From contig JBMNUR010000003.1 in assembly GCA_050946395.1 (NCBI GenBank), forward strand, positions 1 through 37,776: DNA of 37,776 nucleotides, in the 5' to 3' direction. Origin of the DNA: Peptococcales bacterium. Its GTDB lineage: Bacteria > Bacillota > Peptococcia > Peptococcales > BICA1-8. This document shows, one piece after another, positions 34,740 through 37,776 of the stretch. A program made the translations under genes and the position numbers. Positions within the stretch are counted from its first letter, which is position 1. Each line of letters begins with the position of its first letter. The notes under the pieces are model-generated. The model worked only from the letters and a program-made list of their open reading frames with translations. It had not been told where the DNA came from and made no database searches.

Positions 34740-35615
34740 TTACAATTCTTCTAAAATTTTCTCTAATTCATCTTTATTGAAAGTGTATATATCATTACAA
34801 AAATGACAGATTATTTCACTTTTGCCTTCTTTATTAAGAATATCTGTTAGTTCCTCTTTTCCCAAACTTATTAAGATACCTTTAGCTCTTTCTATGCTAC
34901 ATTTACATTTAAAATTTACTGGTTTTTCTTCTAGATAATCAACATCTATACCCTTTAAATACATTTCGATTATTTCTTTAGGGCCTTTTCCTTCCTTAAT
35001 TAGGGTACTAATTGGTAGCAAGTTTTCAGTATTTGCTTCAATTTTTTCTAACACTTCTTCCGGAGTGTTTGGTAAAGCTTGAATGATTATTCCACCACTG
35101 GCTTCAACAAAGCAATCCGGTTTAACAAGAACACCCAAAGAAACTAAAGAAGGAATTTGCTCCGACTGAGCCAAATAACTGGCAATATCTTCTCCTATTT
35201 CCCCTGATACAAGAGGAATGCTTCCTGTGTAAGGTTCTTTGAGACCAATGTCTTTAGTTATATAAAGTGTTCCTTGCCCCACTGCCCCGCCTACATCTAG
35301 TTTTCCTTTGCTTTTTAAGGGAAGTTGAATTTCGGGATTCTGTACATATCCTCTAACTTCGCCTCTAATATTAGCATCCGCGATTATCCCACCTAATGGA
35401 CCATCACCAAAAACCCTTACTGTAATAGTATCTCCTTCTCCTTTTAAGCCCCATGTTAATAAAAGAGCTGAATTCATCACTCTTCCTAAAGCCGCTGTGG
35501 CAACTGGGGAAGTTAGATGCCTTATACTCGCTTCATTTGTTAATTTGGTAGTTACGGCAGCAGATACCCTAATAGTATTATTTAGTGCTGTAGCTCTTAC
35601 TAAACTATCCCACAT
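34740..35615 (-). CDS. hslO: Hsp33 redox-regulated chaperone
   Basis: ATAALGR, GDGPLGG, KLDVGGAVG, SEQIPS, CKC...CHFC zinc site. Confidence 0.95.
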   Translation of the reverse strand: MWDSLVRATALNNTIRVSAAVTTKLTNEASIRHLTSPVATAALGRVMNSALLLTWGLKGEGDTITVRVFGDGPLGGIIADANIRGEVRGYVQNPEIQLPLKSKGKLDVGGAVGQGTLYITKDIGLKEPYTGSIPLVSGEIGEDIASYLAQSEQIPSLVSLGVLVKPDCFVEASGGIIIQALPNTPEEVLEKIEANTENLLPISTLIKEGKGPKEIIEMYLKGIDVDYLEEKPVNFKCKCSIERAKGILISLGKEELTDILNKEGKSEIICHFCNDIYTFNKDELEKILEEL

Positions 35616-35858
35616 AAAATAAAACCTCCATAATTAGCTATTATATTCTTACGCCATATATTAGGTTTTGAAACAATTATTAGTTTAATACAAGAGAAGG
35701 AGTCTAACAAGCTATTTTTTGGGTATGACGATAGTCTAAACTAAGAATTAATTGACAATAGTACGCCACAGTATAAAATAAGACCTGCGCCGCAGGTCCA
35801 AAAAAATTTTTGACTATCGACTATTAGCCATCGACTATCTTTTAAATTAACCCAAATT

Positions 35859-36428
35859 TCACTTTTCGACATAAACCTCTTTTGTCCGGGCCGGTTCTGG
35901 TTCTAAAAAAGGTTTTACCTTTTTATAGAGCATAAACGTAAGCAAACCTGTTAAACTGCCTTTAAAGAGATTAAAGGGGATAATTGCTGCTGTCATAAGC
36001 GGGAGGATCCCATTTCTCGGTATACCCCATAAAGGTAAAAGCCAAAAGTAATTGGAAATGGCCATAACAGTAGTTGTAGCCACTACCCCTGTAGCAATAG
36101 CTAAAATTGCTCTTTTACGGGTTTTATTAAAAACATAAATAGTTCCTGCCACAAAAGCAAAAGTTGCTCCAGCAATGAAATTGGCCGTTATACCAATAAT
36201 CCCTGAAGGGGCGTTACCTATTAAAAGAGAAAGCAAGTTTTTCCCTAAATCTACTGCTACACCAGCCCAAGGGCCAATAGCAAAAGCGGCAATAAGTGCC
36301 GGTAGTTCGGCAGCATCATAACGTAAATATTCCGGGAAAAACGGAAGTGGGAAGGATAAATACTGTAAAATAACGCCAAATGCGGCAAGCAAACCTATTC
36401 TTGCTAAAATTTTAGTTTTCATTAACAT
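35859..36428 (-). CDS. ribU: ECF transporter S component, riboflavin (RibU)
   Basis: PFFPEYLRYDAAELP and IIPFNLFKG motifs; upstream FMN riboswitch. Confidence 0.88.
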   Translation of the reverse strand: MLMKTKILARIGLLAAFGVILQYLSFPLPFFPEYLRYDAAELPALIAAFAIGPWAGVAVDLGKNLLSLLIGNAPSGIIGITANFIAGATFAFVAGTIYVFNKTRKRAILAIATGVVATTTVMAISNYFWLLPLWGIPRNGILPLMTAAIIPFNLFKGSLTGLLTFMLYKKVKPFLEPEPARTKEVYVEK

Positions 36429-36530
36429 CTCGCTCCTTTATTTAGAAAATCTTGCGGTTTTTCGATTCTACATTAGCTACAGGAACTATAATACTTACAG
36501 TTTTTTCATATCAACTGAAGAATACATAAA

Positions 36531-36683
36531 TCGTTCCTACAGATTGGCAATATCTTAAGATCCTTCGCTATCGCTCAGGCTGACAAGCGTCCACATAGGT
36601 ATTATGCGGACGCACACAATGCGCACTCCTACAAATACTGTGAATCTGGGCGTAGCGGAACGACACAAAGGGCGTTCCCTACA
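36531..36683 (-). repeat. Cluster of REP-like palindromes (GTAG- and TGTC-type)
   Basis: Minus strand TGTAGGGAACGCCCTTTGTGTCGTTCCG, TGTAGGAGTGCGCATTGTGTGCGTCCG, TGTCAGCCTGAGCGATAGCGAAGGATCT and partial TGTAGGAACGA. Confidence 0.6.
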
Positions 36684-36686
36684 AAG

Positions 36687-36720
36687 AAAAAATCCCGAAG
36701 CAAAATAGCTTCGAGGCGTT
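36687..36720 (-). terminator. Riboswitch expression-platform terminator
   Basis: Minus strand CCTCGAAGC-TATTTT-GCTTCGGGA followed by a T-tract. Confidence 0.75.
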
Positions 36721-36767
36721 CTCACAAACTAACTACTATTCATATATAAAACACGAATAGCAATCAC

Positions 36768-36882
36768 TCCCTTTCTCTCATCCAGACTTTAACTGTCGGC
36801 TCCGGAATTACACCAGATCTGCCTGAAGGCTCGCGGGCTTTACCGCCGGTAAGGAATTACACCTAACCCCGAAAGAGTAAAT
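36768..36882 (-). promoter_or_regulatory. FMN riboswitch (RFN element)
   Basis: Minus strand CTTTCGGGGTTAGGTGTAATTCCTTACCGGCGGT...AGCCCGCGAG...CAGATCTGGTGTAATTCCGGAGCCGACAGT..AGTCTGGATGAGAGAAAG. Confidence 0.95.
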
Positions 36883-36936
36883 ATTTTCTTTTCTACTTTA
36901 TCTTATCATGGTAACTTATATTGTCAATACTTTTAT

Positions 36937-37584
36937 TTAAATTGCTTTTAGTGAGTTGATTGCTTTTTCCCGGTTTTCGCTGCCAAAAACATAAGAGCCC
37001 GCCACTAAGACATTAGCTCCTGCATTTACTACTAGCAAGGCAGTTTCGGCATTAATGCCACCATCTACCTGAATATAAGTATTTAAATCCCTTTCAACTA
37101 TCATTTCCTTTAATGCTTTAATTTTGGGTAAAACCTGAGGGATAAATTTTTGCCCGCCAAAACCAGGATTAACACTCATAATCAATACTAGATCTAAGTT
37201 TTCTAGAACATATTCTAAACTCGCCAGAGGTGTAGCGGGATTAAGAGAAACCCCCACTTTTAGACCATAACTTTTTATATGCTCGATAGAACGGTGTAAA
37301 TGCTTGGCGGTTTCTACATGAATAGTAATCAAATCACAGCCTGCTTTTTTTAAATCTTCCACATATGCATCAGGATTTTCAATCATTAGATGAGCATCAA
37401 AAAAAAGTTTACTATGAGGTCGTAAAGATTTGATTAGACCCGGCCCAAAAGTAATATTAGGTACAAAATGACCATCCATAATATCTAGATGAAGCCAATC
37501 AGCTCCACCCTCTTCAATACTTTTAATTTCATTTTTTAGGTTACTAAAATCTGCAGATAACAATGATGGTGCGATTAATACCAC
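36937..37584 (-). CDS. rpe: Ribulose-phosphate 3-epimerase
   Basis: IAPSLLSADF, HLDIMDGHFVPN, MSVNPGFGGQ, VDGGI. Confidence 0.97.
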   Translation of the reverse strand: MVLIAPSLLSADFSNLKNEIKSIEEGGADWLHLDIMDGHFVPNITFGPGLIKSLRPHSKLFFDAHLMIENPDAYVEDLKKAGCDLITIHVETAKHLHRSIEHIKSYGLKVGVSLNPATPLASLEYVLENLDLVLIMSVNPGFGGQKFIPQVLPKIKALKEMIVERDLNTYIQVDGGINAETALLVVNAGANVLVAGSYVFGSENREKAINSLKAI

Positions 37585-37776
37585 TTAAAAGCTCCTTTCC
37601 TGTTTAATAACTTCTTCTAGAAAAGCTAAATAATTATTGTATCGATTTTCATAGATTTCACCATTTAATACTGCATCCCGAACACCACATTGTGGCTCGT
37701 TATTGTGAAGACAGGTAGAAAATTTACACTTTCCTCTAAACTCATCAAAATCCGGAAATAAAAAGGATAACTCTTC
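37585..37776 (-). CDS. rsgA: Ribosome small subunit GTPase RsgA, C-terminal part (truncated by window)
   Basis: Manual translation ...FPDF...CKFSTCLHNNEPQCGVR...RYNNY...*; zinc finger motif and rsgA-rpe synteny. Confidence 0.9.
   Translation of the reverse strand, partial: EELSFLFPDFDEFRGKCKFSTCLHNNEPQCGVRDAVLNGEIYENRYNNYLAFLEEVIKQERSF

Noticed and set aside
35811-35840. Short GACTATC-like tandem repeats; also CAATT-type repeats at about 32000-32035
   Set aside because: Only 3-4 degenerate units; too short to support a functional call.
36531-36683. CRISPR array
   Set aside because: Repeats are few, non-identical and irregularly spaced, with no cas genes; they fit REP-like palindromes better.

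Overview
Low-GC Bacillota (Clostridia/Peptococcaceae-like) chromosomal window with almost all genes on the minus strand. The right ~7 kb is core genome: rsgA (partial), rpe, FMN riboswitch + ribU, hslO, trmK, nif3-like gene, C4 zinc-ribbon gene and RNase P RNA. Left of rnpB is a ~30 kb accessory patchwork. It holds a phosphorothioate-sensing (SBD-HNH) restriction endonuclease and an intact IS30-family element with an unusually long 14-bp target duplication. It also holds an ECF-promoter lipoprotein/YdcF pair, an orphan radical SAM enzyme, a DUF2157/GDYXXLXY pair, a large lipoprotein, a complete Wadjet (jetABCD) anti-plasmid system, an MFS transporter, and the 3' end of a DUF4368 large serine recombinase element. 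The best candidate for an undescribed system is a LysR-linked anaerobic catabolic cluster (13.8-25.6 kb): acyl-CoA dehydrogenase, bifurcating-type EtfBA, family I CoA transferase, two different ferredoxin + AprA/AsfA-like flavoprotein pairs, and a DASS transporter. Its substrate cannot be read from the sequence. Gene relics (EEP, cupin) and REP-like repeats missed by the ORF track are also visible. All calls come from motif recognition by eye; no searches were run.
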